The notes under the pieces were generated by a model. The model worked only from the letters and a program-made list of their open reading frames with translations, was not told the origin of the DNA and did not search any database. From NCBI GenBank assembly GCA_965223265.1, contig OZ244999.1:4864001-4928000 (forward strand): a DNA stretch of 64,000 bases. The letters run 5' to 3'. The position numbers and the translations under genes were made by a program. Numbering within the stretch: position 1 is the first letter of the stretch; each line of letters begins with the position of its first letter. The stretch comes from Planctomycetota bacterium. Lineage in GTDB: Bacteria > Planctomycetota > UBA8108 > SXIK01. Below are positions 10,288 to 19,415 of this stretch, piece after piece.

Positions 10288-13200
10288 ATGATGGGCGCGG
10301 CGACTCAAGACGCACCTTCACCATCATGGGTTCTTCCGATACTGCAACACGCCGTGACTTCGATCACTCTCACGCTGTCGATTCTGTGCGCGACTTCGCT
10401 CGCAGCTGACTCTTATCTCAACTTCGAATCCGGCCACGTGCGGCCACTCGCTCTGTCACCTGCGAAGGACCTCCTCTTTGCGGTCAACACCCCGGACAAC
10501 CGTCTGGAAGTGCTGCGCGTCACGGATGGGGGTCTCGAGCGCGCTGGCGAAGTGCGCGTCGGTCTCGAACCAGTCGCCGTCGCCGCGCAGTCGCAGTCGC
10601 AGGTCTACGTCGTCAACCACCTCTCCGACAGCGTCTCCTGCGTCGACGTCAGTGACCCGGCGGAGCCACGCGTCACGGCGACCCTCCTGGTCGGCGACGA
10701 ACCACGCGACGTCGTTGTCGCGGGCACCGGCAAGGATCGCCTCTACGTCACCACGGCCCACCGCGGGCAAAACCACCCACTCGACCCGCAGTTTTTCACA
10801 CCGGGCGTAGGCCGTGCCGACGTCTGGGTTTTCGATACGAGCGACCTCTCGAAGGCGCCGGAGATCGTCACGCTCTTTTGCGACACGCCGCGGGCTCTGG
10901 CTGTGAGCCCAAGCGGCGACCGCGTCTACGCTGCGGCGTTTCACTCCGGCAATCAAACGACAACGCTCAACAGCCTGGCGACGTTTCCGCAGTTCGACAG
11001 CTTCGTGGGGGATGGTTTCAGCGGGCTCGGGATGCCGGAGCCCACCGCGAACATCGAAGGCACCCCAGCTCCTGAGACCGGCCTCGTCGTACGCTTCGAC
11101 GGCGAGAAGTGGCGCGACGGTGCAGGTCGCGACTGGTCGCCTCGCATCCGCTTCAACCTCCCCGACCGCGACGTCTTCGTCCTCGACGCTACGCAGGATC
11201 CACCAGTGGAGGTCGCTTCGATTGCTCATGTCGGCACGATCATCTTCAACCTCGCCGTCCACCCCCTGAGCGGTGACATCTACGCCTCGAACATCGACTC
11301 ACAAAACCACGTGCGCTTCGAGCCGGAGATCAACGGCCACGTCGCCGAAAACCGTGTGACGATCATCCAAGGGACGAGCGCGTCGCCGGTTCACCTCAAC
11401 CCGCACATCGACTACAGCCAAACGTCCGGGTCAGCGGAGGAGATCGATGCCAGCCTCGCCTTCCCGCTCGGCATGGAATTCTCAGCCGACGGCGAGACAC
11501 TCTTCGTCGCCGCGTTCGGCTCCGGCGCTGTCGGCGTTCTGGACGCAGCTGCGACGGTCCAGGAACGCATTCAAGTCGGTGGCGGCCCGAGCGGACTGGC
11601 GCTGGACGAGGCGCGCGACCGCCTCTACGTCATGAATCGCTTCGACCACACGATCTCTATCGTCGACCTCACCTCACGCATCCAAACACAAGTCGTGCCG
11701 CTCGCTTACACCCCAGAGCCGCAGGTCGTGCTCGCCGGCCGACCGCTCCTCTACGACGCGCGCAACTCCGGCCACGGCGACTCGGCCTGCGCCAGCTGTC
11801 ACATCTTTGGCGATTTCGACAGCCTCACATGGGACTTAGGCGATCCCAATGGTCTCGTCGAGCCCAACCCACTCGAGATGATCGTGACGATCGCGCGCGA
11901 CTTTCACCCGATGAAGGGCCCGATGGCGACGCAGAGCCTGCGCGGCATCGCCGACACCGGACCGATGCACTGGCGCGGCGACCGTAACGCCGTCAGTTCG
12001 GGCGCGGGCCTCAATGTGTTCGACGAAAAGCTCGCGTTCATGGCGTTCCGCCCGGCGTTTCAGACGCTCCTCGGGAAGAGTACGGAGCTGTCCTCAACCG
12101 ACATGGAACGCTTCAGCGATTTTGCACTGACGATCGTCTACCCGCCGAACCCGATCGCCGCCTTCAATGACGTGCTGAGTGCCGACGAGGCTGCCGGCAA
12201 GCAAGTCTTCGATTCGGACGGCGACCGGAGCGGCACGGGCGGTGACGGCATACCCTGCGCGGGCTGCCACGAGCTACCGTTCGGCACCGACGGGCGCGCC
12301 ACGAACGACGCCGAGACGCAGGACTTCAAGGTCGCACACCTGCGCAACATGTACCAAAAAGTCGGCATGTTCGGCTATGCCGTGCCGAGTGTCATCAGCG
12401 ATTCGCCGCTGACGTTCGAGTCGACGCCAGTGCCCCATTTTGGCGATCAGGTGCGCGGCACGGGATATCTCCACGATGGATCGATCCCGACGCTGCTCAA
12501 TTTCTTCCGCACGTCTCTGCCGCAGATCCAACCGTTCACGTTTCGCGACGAGCCAGGACGCACCGGCGAGCAGAAGGTGCGCGAGCTGTCGACGTTCATG
12601 CTGGCGTTCGACACTGGGCTGGCGCCGGTCGTCGGGCAGCAGATCACGCTCGACTCCGCGAGTAACGCCGCCGCGCTGGATCGTTGGGCGCTCTTCGAAG
12701 ACCGCGCCGACGCCGGACGCTGCGATCTCATCGCACACGGCCGTGTCGGTGGCGAGGCGCGAAGCTATCTCTATCAGGGCAGCGGTTCGTATCAGTCCGA
12801 TCGCCGTGACGAAGTCATCACGAGTACCGCCTTGCAAAACGGACTCGCGTCGGGAAACCGCCTGACGTTCACGGCCGTCTATCTCGGCGGCGGCACGCGC
12901 ATGGGCCTCGACCGCGATGAGGATGGCTGGTTTGACGGCGATGAAATCGCGGCCGGAACAAGTCCGACGGATCCGAGCGAGTTCCCGCGTCCCGCACCGC
13001 CGACCGGACTGGAAGCGACTCCAGATATCGGTCGCGTCGAGCTCTCCTGGTCAGCCGCTGGGGCATCCGTTCCTGCGGTCACCGGCTACAACGTCTATCG
13101 CTCGACGACCTCCGGCGAGCAGGGCGAACAGCTCAACAGCGAAGTCATCTCCGTGACGGAATTCGTCGACACGGGCGTACCAACGGGAGAGTACCACTAC

Positions 13201-13539
13201 AGCGTCACTAGCACCGGTGAAGGCGGTGAGAGCGAGCCGACGCCGCAGGTCACCGTGTTCGTACCACACTTCGACGAGACGTTCCTGCGGGCGAACTGTA
13301 ACGGTGACGCGTCACTCGACATCGCCGACCCGGTATTCTCGCTCAACTTCCTGTTTGCCGACGAACGTGCACCACCGTGCGCGCCGGCGTGTGACAGCAA
13401 CAGCGATGGCAGCCACGACGTCTCGGATGCAGTGTTCACCCTGCTGTTTCTCTTCGCTGAGGGCGAGCCGCCACTCGGCTGGCCCGAATGCGAGACGATC
13501 GATTTCCCGTGCGAAGACGTTTTATGTACCAGCGGCTGA
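10288..13539 (+). CDS. Secreted YncE-like beta-propeller / di-heme cytochrome c protein with FN3 and C-terminal dockerin-like domain
   Basis: Propeller repeats (VGLEPVAVA, VGDEPRDVV, VGGGPSGLAL), CASCH and CAGCH, HDGS, TGYNVYRS FN3, FLRANCNGDASLDIADP...CDSNSDGSHDVSDA. The ORF-track start at 9802 overlaps the opposite-strand gene, so ~10288 is preferred. Confidence 0.85.
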   Translation: MMGAATQDAPSPSWVLPILQHAVTSITLTLSILCATSLAADSYLNFESGHVRPLALSPAKDLLFAVNTPDNRLEVLRVTDGGLERAGEVRVGLEPVAVAAQSQSQVYVVNHLSDSVSCVDVSDPAEPRVTATLLVGDEPRDVVVAGTGKDRLYVTTAHRGQNHPLDPQFFTPGVGRADVWVFDTSDLSKAPEIVTLFCDTPRALAVSPSGDRVYAAAFHSGNQTTTLNSLATFPQFDSFVGDGFSGLGMPEPTANIEGTPAPETGLVVRFDGEKWRDGAGRDWSPRIRFNLPDRDVFVLDATQDPPVEVASIAHVGTIIFNLAVHPLSGDIYASNIDSQNHVRFEPEINGHVAENRVTIIQGTSASPVHLNPHIDYSQTSGSAEEIDASLAFPLGMEFSADGETLFVAAFGSGAVGVLDAAATVQERIQVGGGPSGLALDEARDRLYVMNRFDHTISIVDLTSRIQTQVVPLAYTPEPQVVLAGRPLLYDARNSGHGDSACASCHIFGDFDSLTWDLGDPNGLVEPNPLEMIVTIARDFHPMKGPMATQSLRGIADTGPMHWRGDRNAVSSGAGLNVFDEKLAFMAFRPAFQTLLGKSTELSSTDMERFSDFALTIVYPPNPIAAFNDVLSADEAAGKQVFDSDGDRSGTGGDGIPCAGCHELPFGTDGRATNDAETQDFKVAHLRNMYQKVGMFGYAVPSVISDSPLTFESTPVPHFGDQVRGTGYLHDGSIPTLLNFFRTSLPQIQPFTFRDEPGRTGEQKVRELSTFMLAFDTGLAPVVGQQITLDSASNAAALDRWALFEDRADAGRCDLIAHGRVGGEARSYLYQGSGSYQSDRRDEVITSTALQNGLASGNRLTFTAVYLGGGTRMGLDRDEDGWFDGDEIAAGTSPTDPSEFPRPAPPTGLEATPDIGRVELSWSAAGASVPAVTGYNVYRSTTSGEQGEQLNSEVISVTEFVDTGVPTGEYHYSVTSTGEGGESEPTPQVTVFVPHFDETFLRANCNGDASLDIADPVFSLNFLFADERAPPCAPACDSNSDGSHDVSDAVFTLLFLFAEGEPPLGWPECETIDFPCEDVLCTSG

Positions 13540-13992
13540 TCGCTCAGCTGCCAATCGCCGCGCACGCCGCCAGCACACCGCTCCCGCAGCGATGGCCAAC
13601 AGGCAGGCGCCCACGAGCGGGAAGCGATAGCCGCTGAGATAGTCATACTTGAACGCTGCGCCGGTCGCGCCGGCGGTGACGACGGGAAACGCGATGAGCA
13701 GCAAGTGACCGCGGCGCGGCTCGGTGCTCAACGCCGCCGCGATCAAAAAGGCGAACGCTGCGTGGAAGATGACGAAGCCGGGAAGGCTCTTCTCCAGCGC
13801 ATAGGAAAGTGAGAGATCGAAACGCCAAAGCCAGACGAGCGCCACGTGCACCGTCACGACGCTGGCAAGCGCTGGCGTCAACCATCTGAATGGCCGCCGC
13901 GCCAAATGGAGGATCACGTCGAGGCAGAGAAAAACGTATCCGGCAAAGGCGAGCCCAAACGTAATGAGGTCCTGAAGCGGCGTTGTTTTCAT
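13522..13992 (-). CDS. Hypothetical membrane protein (about 5 TM)
   Basis: MKTTPLQDLITFGLAFAGYVFL... with successive hydrophobic segments; start trimmed to ATG 13992. Confidence 0.65.
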   Translation of the reverse strand: MKTTPLQDLITFGLAFAGYVFLCLDVILHLARRPFRWLTPALASVVTVHVALVWLWRFDLSLSYALEKSLPGFVIFHAAFAFLIAAALSTEPRRGHLLLIAFPVVTAGATGAAFKYDYLSGYRFPLVGACLLAIAAGAVCWRRARRLAAERSAAGT

Positions 13993-14126
13993 GCTGCTGT
14001 CTACATCTTCTGGATGCCCCAGATCAAGAGTTGCATTGGCTGATTTCCCTCTGCGACGGCACCGGCGCCGCAACGACTCGCCTGGCGCCCATGAGCCCGA
14101 ATCGGCTTTGGATCGATGCGACGAGA

Positions 14127-14347
14127 GTAGCAGGCACTCGCGGTGTTCCATAGTCTGAAGACAAAAGCAACGGCACACGACGTGTGCCTGCTACTTTGGA
14201 GATCGAGTTGGTGCCGGCTGCTTCTCTCTCTGACCTTCGTTTGCTTCGTTCGCTTCTGTTCAAGAGATCAGAAGAAACGTTGAACAAGAGGAAACCAAGT
14301 CAACGAAGGGCGACCGTCCAAAGTGGTAGGCACACGCCGTGTGCCGT
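14127..14347. repeat. GTAG-type REP cluster (one inverted doublet plus a single copy)
   Basis: GTAGCAGGCACTCGCGGTG at 14127; inverted ACGGCACACGACGTGTGCCTGCTAC at 14170-14194; AAAGTGGTAGGCACACGCCGTGTGCCGT at 14320-14347. Confidence 0.8.
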
Positions 14348-14503
14348 ACGGCCGTGGACCGTGACTGGGACTGGGACCGTGAGTTGCGACGTCACGTTTT
14401 GAAAGCTTACAGCCTCTCCATATGCCGTCGCCAAGAAAGACCGGCCGAGCACAATCTTCAAAAGGGTCCAGGAGCGGATGCGCCCTTGCCCTCGAGGTGG
14501 CGC

Positions 14504-15439
14504 TCACTCGCTACAAGGCGTGATGCAGAGCGCCTCCGCAGCTCCGCACTCGGCGATTGGCTCTGGCGGCGGTGGGCCACCGAGGAAGTTGAAGTTGAGA
14601 AGATAGGTCACGTCGGCGAGGTCGACCCCGGCATCGCCGTTGATGTCGGTCGCGGGCGGACAGCTGCTCGCCGGACCGTCAAGAAGCAGTTCGGCGACGA
14701 TCCAGATGGCGTCGGCGATGTCGATGCGATCGTCGCCGTTACTGTCGCCGCGGCGGTAGAGGGAATGTAACACGACGTCGAGGGCGACGTCGGGGTTGTT
14801 GCACAAGTCAATGCTCTCACCGGCAACGCTGTAGACTGTTCGGACTGGCTGCGCATCGCGGAACCCGTCGGTCAATCGAATGCTGCCGTTCGGTTCACCG
14901 GTGAGATCGAAGCCAATGTCGACCCGCAGCAGCGTCTCCGTCGTATCAAGTGGCAATACGTTCGGGCAGCCGAAGCAGAGTATGACTGCGGATGAGGCTT
15001 CGCAGCGCGAGCCGGCGAAACAACCAGCTAGGGACGTCTTGTTGAATCCCCCGTTGAAGAACCCTCGCGCTGGGTCAGCCGCGGTCCCCTCAGTTCCGAT
15101 CGCGTCCAAGACCGCGTATCCCGTGCTCTCAATGATGATCGACCAACCTTCGACTCCGACCTCTACTTGGTTCGAAACGGCGTTGCCGTAGAGCGAAAAG
15201 TCTCCCGACACCTCCAGCGCACCACCACCAACAAACGGCTCGCCGAGAAGCCGCTCGTCCCACACCTCGCCGCCAACGATCGGCTCGAGCGACCAGCCGA
15301 AGGAGTAGGTGCCGGGGTCGCTGCAGGGCTGCGCATGAACCGGCCAGTGGCTAGCGCTTATAAGAACCATGCAGACGCTGATCACAAGCACAAAACGATC
15401 GCCCATTGAAGGCAGTGGCTCGCGGTTGTCTCTCGTCAT
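14504..15439 (-). CDS. Secreted protein: one ~190-aa repeat module + dockerin-like domain
   Basis: Signal peptide ending VHA-Q; module GWSLEPI...WDERL...GWS...GTAADP...LCFGCP; YRRGDSNGDDRIDIADA...DINGDAGVDLADV. Confidence 0.85.
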   Translation of the reverse strand: MTRDNREPLPSMGDRFVLVISVCMVLISASHWPVHAQPCSDPGTYSFGWSLEPIVGGEVWDERLLGEPFVGGGALEVSGDFSLYGNAVSNQVEVGVEGWSIIIESTGYAVLDAIGTEGTAADPARGFFNGGFNKTSLAGCFAGSRCEASSAVILCFGCPNVLPLDTTETLLRVDIGFDLTGEPNGSIRLTDGFRDAQPVRTVYSVAGESIDLCNNPDVALDVVLHSLYRRGDSNGDDRIDIADAIWIVAELLLDGPASSCPPATDINGDAGVDLADVTYLLNFNFLGGPPPPEPIAECGAAEALCITPCSE

Positions 15440-15443
15440 CGAT

Positions 15444-17516
15444 TCACCTGCTGCAACTGGTGGCGCAATCCTCGAACGTTTCTCCACACTCTACAAACGG
15501 CTCTGGCGGTGGCGGGCCGCCGACGAAGTTGAAGTTGAGAAGATACGTCACGTCAGCGAGATCGACCGTGACGTCGCCGTTGGCATCCGCTGCCGGCGGA
15601 CACGGACTCGGCGCGCCATCGAGAAAGAGTTCTGCGATCGTCCAGATCGCATCGGCGATGTCAACGTCGCCATCCCCATTGCTATCACCGCGGCGAAAGA
15701 TGGGCAGCGGCGCCAAGCTGAGAATCGCCTCACGCCAGTTGCATGGCCGAACGCTCTTACCCGCGATCGTATAGGCGATCCTGACGTCCTGATCGCAGCA
15801 AAAAAACCCCTCAGCCAGCTCGATGCGACCCTCAGTCACACCCAAATCGAGATCCAAGGAAACGTCGATCCTCAGTAGCGACCAGGTGCCATCAAGTCCC
15901 AGTGTCACCGGGCAGCCGAAGCAGAGAACGACAGAGCTCGTCGCAGCTGTTCGCCCCGCAAGCTCATCGAAGGCGAGAAACGTCTTGTCGAATCCTCCCA
16001 TATGAAATCCCTGCTCTGGATCCGCCGCCGTTCCTTGCGTTGTCACCTCAGTGATCTGGGCGTAGCCGCTGCTTCTTACTCCCAGGGACCAACCCTGGAT
16101 GCCCACCTCGACTTGATGCGACACCGTGTTAGCGTAGACCGAGGTGGACGTCGGAACACGCGCAGCCCCGGCGCCGGTGAACGGTTCACCGATCAGTCGC
16201 TCGTCCCACGCCTCGCCATCTAAGATCGGCTCGAGCGACCACCCAAACGAATGAGTTCCCAGATCGTGGCAGTTCTGATCCTGCGGAATCAATTCCAGAT
16301 CGACGTCTCTGCGGTTGCATGCCACGACACTCTTGCCGAAAACCGTGAACACGTTCTTAGTCGCCTGTCCGCCAACAAGTCCGTCGACCAGCATGACGCG
16401 ATCCTCCATCGCATCGGCGCCAGTCAGCACACCGTCGATTCGTAGGAGGGATTCTGTCGTATCGAGAGGCAACGTGAGCGGACATCCGAAACAGAGCACC
16501 ACCGCGGACGTCACCGAATTTCGTCCAAAGCCATCCCAGAGAAATGTCTTGTTGAAACCGCCGTTGAAGAACCCTAGCGCCGGATCCGCCGCCGTGCTGT
16601 CAGTCGAAACACCGACGAAGTCAACGTTGCCCGTAGCCTCCACAGCGATCGACCAGCCCTGAATCCCTTCCTCGGCCTGCTTCGACACCGCGTTGGCGTA
16701 GAGCGAGAAAAACTCAGGCACTTGGACTTTCCCTCTGCCGATGAATGGCTCGCCGATGAGCCGCTCGTCCCACACCTCGCCGCCGTGAATCGGCTCGAGC
16801 GACCAGCCGAACGCGTAGTTGTCCGGATCGCGGCAGGGCTCGTGGATGAGATCAAGGACCGCGACATCTTTGTTGCACGGCGCGACGCTTTCGCCCGCCA
16901 CGGCATAGGTGTTCGTGATCGGCGGATCGACCCCTTCGAAATCCTCCGTGAAGAAGACACGCCCCTCGTCCCCGTGCCTCCCCCCGACGGAGACGCCGAC
17001 CTGCAGTAGCGTCTCCGTGTTGCTCACCGGCAGCGTCGCCGGGCAATCGAAGCAAAGTATGACGGTTGACCACACGGCGCAGCGCGCGCTGCGAAAGCAA
17101 TCTGTTCTTCCAGTTCTGCGGAACCCACGGTCGAAAAACCCCGCGGCGGGGTCCGCTGCAGTACCATCGGTGCTGAAGCTCCGAATGCGAGCGATTCCGG
17201 TCACTTCGACGCCGATCGACCATCCCTGGATCCCTTGCTCCACCTGGTTCGAGACGGCATTGACGTACAGCGAAAAGGTCTTCGACACCACCAGCGAATC
17301 ACCATCGACGAACGGCTCGCCCAGCAGACGTTCGTCCCACACCTCACCGCCCAGGATCGGCTCGAGAGACCAGCCAAGCATGTACGTGCCCGGTTCGCTG
17401 CAGGGCTGCGCTTGCAAAATGGCGTTCGTCTTGGTGCAAAAAAGCGCCGACAAGGCAACGAACCGCACGATGCGCCCTGGCTCGAAAGTCGCGGATGGAC
17501 GATCGCCTCGCCTCAT
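15444..17516 (-). CDS. Secreted protein: three ~190-aa repeat modules + dockerin-like domain
   Basis: ATG 17516 overlaps the upstream stop (ATGA) with a GAGGAG RBS; three GWSLEPI modules at 567 and 564 nt spacing; FRRGDSNGDGDVDIADA. Confidence 0.88.
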   Translation of the reverse strand: MRRGDRPSATFEPGRIVRFVALSALFCTKTNAILQAQPCSEPGTYMLGWSLEPILGGEVWDERLLGEPFVDGDSLVVSKTFSLYVNAVSNQVEQGIQGWSIGVEVTGIARIRSFSTDGTAADPAAGFFDRGFRRTGRTDCFRSARCAVWSTVILCFDCPATLPVSNTETLLQVGVSVGGRHGDEGRVFFTEDFEGVDPPITNTYAVAGESVAPCNKDVAVLDLIHEPCRDPDNYAFGWSLEPIHGGEVWDERLIGEPFIGRGKVQVPEFFSLYANAVSKQAEEGIQGWSIAVEATGNVDFVGVSTDSTAADPALGFFNGGFNKTFLWDGFGRNSVTSAVVLCFGCPLTLPLDTTESLLRIDGVLTGADAMEDRVMLVDGLVGGQATKNVFTVFGKSVVACNRRDVDLELIPQDQNCHDLGTHSFGWSLEPILDGEAWDERLIGEPFTGAGAARVPTSTSVYANTVSHQVEVGIQGWSLGVRSSGYAQITEVTTQGTAADPEQGFHMGGFDKTFLAFDELAGRTAATSSVVLCFGCPVTLGLDGTWSLLRIDVSLDLDLGVTEGRIELAEGFFCCDQDVRIAYTIAGKSVRPCNWREAILSLAPLPIFRRGDSNGDGDVDIADAIWTIAELFLDGAPSPCPPAADANGDVTVDLADVTYLLNFNFVGGPPPPEPFVECGETFEDCATSCSR

Positions 17517-19081
17517 CTGCTCTCCTCCTCGATCGTCAGCAGATCGGACCCACCTGTTCCGCCTTGGCAGTTCAAGAAACGCGATAAGCACACCTCGGAC
17601 GTCGGGCCACACTCGAAGAACGGCGGTGGCGGTGGCGGGCCGCCCGTAAAATTATAATTCAGCAGGTACACGGCATCGGCCAGATCGACCCCGGCGTCAT
17701 CGTTCGCATCCAACGCCGGCGGGCAGACGCTCACTGGGCCGTTCAAGAGCAGCTCGGAGACGATCCAGATCGCATCGCCGATGTCGACTCGGTCGTCGCC
17801 GTTACTGTCGCCGCGGCGGTAGAGGGGCCACGGCGCCAAGCGGAGAATCGCCTCACGCCAGTTGCACGGCCGAACGCTTCTACCGGCAACCGTATAGGAA
17901 ATCCTGACGCCCTGATCGCAGCAAAGGAATCCTTCATCCAGCTCGATGCCACCCTCAGTCACACCGGAATCGAAATCCAAGGAAACGTCGACTCTCAGTA
18001 GCGACCAAGTGCCGTCAAGTCCCAGTGTCACCGGACAGCCGAAGCAGAGCACGACAGAACTCGTCGCAGCTGTTCGCCCAGCAAGCTCGTCGAAGGCGAG
18101 AAACGTCTTGTCGAATCCTCCCATATGAAATCCCTGCTCTGGATCCGCCGCCGTTCCTTGCGTTGTCACCTCAGTGATCTGGGCGTAGCCGCTACTTCTC
18201 ACTCCCAGGGACCAACCCTGGATGCCCACTTCGACTTGATGCGACACCGCGTTGGCGTAGACCGAGGTGGAGGTCGGAACACGTACACCCCCGGCGCCGA
18301 CAAACGGCTCACCGATCAGGCGCTCGTCCCACGCCTCACCGCCCAGAATCGGCTCGAGCGACCAGCCGAAGGAGTGGGTCCCAGGGTCGCTGCAGGGTCG
18401 TTCTTCATGAAACAACTTTAGAACGACGTTGGACCTGTTGCACGGCACAACGCTTTTGCCAGCGACCGTGAAGACGTTTGCCGTCAATGAATCGTCGCCG
18501 GGCAACCCCGAGCGTAAGACCACCCTGCCGTCGGTCGCATCTCCTTTGCGATTCAGAACGCCGTCAATGCGCAGGAGCGACTCGGTGGTGTCAGGAGGCA
18601 AAGCGAGTGGGCACCCGAAGCAAAGAACCACTGAAGAGGTCGCCCCAGACTGCCCACTAAGGAGCGCGGGGGACAGCAAGAAGGTCTTGACGAATCCGCC
18701 GTTGACGAAACCGTTCGCTGGATCCGCCGCCGTGCCGGCGGTGGAAAGATCCGTGAATTCGACGAGTCCCTCACCCACAACCGACACCCCCCACCCCTGA
18801 ATCCCGACCTCGACCTGGTTCGACACCGCATTGGCGTAAAGCGAAAAGATGTCAGGCACCGCAACCCTCCCGCCACCGACGAACGGCGCACCGATCAGCC
18901 GTTCGTCCCACACGTCACCGCCCAGAATCGGCTCGAGCGACCAGCCGAAGGAGTAGGTCCCAGGGGTGCTGCAGAGCTGCGCGTCGAGAGGACCGTTCAC
19001 CAGACCGGCGATTGCGCCGCACACTCCTACGATCCAGACGCCTTTGACGCCGCACGCATGCCCGGCTGCGCTTTGCCTCAT
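17513..19081 (-). CDS. Secreted protein: two ~190-aa repeat modules + dockerin-like domain
   Basis: GGAGGG RBS, signal peptide ending LDA-Q, two modules at 579 nt spacing, YRRGDSNGDDRVDIGDA. Confidence 0.88.
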   Translation of the reverse strand: MRQSAAGHACGVKGVWIVGVCGAIAGLVNGPLDAQLCSTPGTYSFGWSLEPILGGDVWDERLIGAPFVGGGRVAVPDIFSLYANAVSNQVEVGIQGWGVSVVGEGLVEFTDLSTAGTAADPANGFVNGGFVKTFLLSPALLSGQSGATSSVVLCFGCPLALPPDTTESLLRIDGVLNRKGDATDGRVVLRSGLPGDDSLTANVFTVAGKSVVPCNRSNVVLKLFHEERPCSDPGTHSFGWSLEPILGGEAWDERLIGEPFVGAGGVRVPTSTSVYANAVSHQVEVGIQGWSLGVRSSGYAQITEVTTQGTAADPEQGFHMGGFDKTFLAFDELAGRTAATSSVVLCFGCPVTLGLDGTWSLLRVDVSLDFDSGVTEGGIELDEGFLCCDQGVRISYTVAGRSVRPCNWREAILRLAPWPLYRRGDSNGDDRVDIGDAIWIVSELLLNGPVSVCPPALDANDDAGVDLADAVYLLNYNFTGGPPPPPPFFECGPTSEVCLSRFLNCQGGTGGSDLLTIEEESR

Positions 19082-19179
19082 CGCTTCTGCCCTCCCCGGT
19101 GGATGGACCAGGTCTCACAACACGCGTGACATCCTAGCGCGGAGCGCCGGGAAAGCTACGAAAAATGCTCGTCGCCAAA

Positions 19180-19345
19180 GTAGGAGGCACACTCCTGTGT
19201 GCCGTGCCGGCTCGCAGGCGACGGCACGCGGAGCGTGCCTGCTACTTGACACACGTAGCGCCGACTACTCGATCTTCAACGTAGAAGGCACACTCCTGTG
19301 TGCCGTGCCGACTCTCAGGCGACGGCACGCGGAGCGTGCCTGCCC
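19180..19345. repeat. Two tandem inverted REP doublets (REPIN/BIME-like)
   Basis: GTAG(G/A)AGGCACACTCCTGTGTGCCGT - 15 nt - ACGGCACGCGGAGCGTGCCTGC at 19180 and 19281 (period 101, nearly identical spacers); degenerate copies near 19250 and 19394. Confidence 0.85.
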
Positions 19346-19415
19346 CTATCTATCGACAATCACCGCTGCCAACTCGATCTTCACAGAACACTAAGCACAC
19401 TCCAAAGCGTGCCGA

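Noticed and set aside
14504-19081. Diversity-generating retroelement template/variable repeat pair
   Set aside because: Both copies are coding, the mismatches checked are not confined to adenines, and no reverse transcriptase is in the window.
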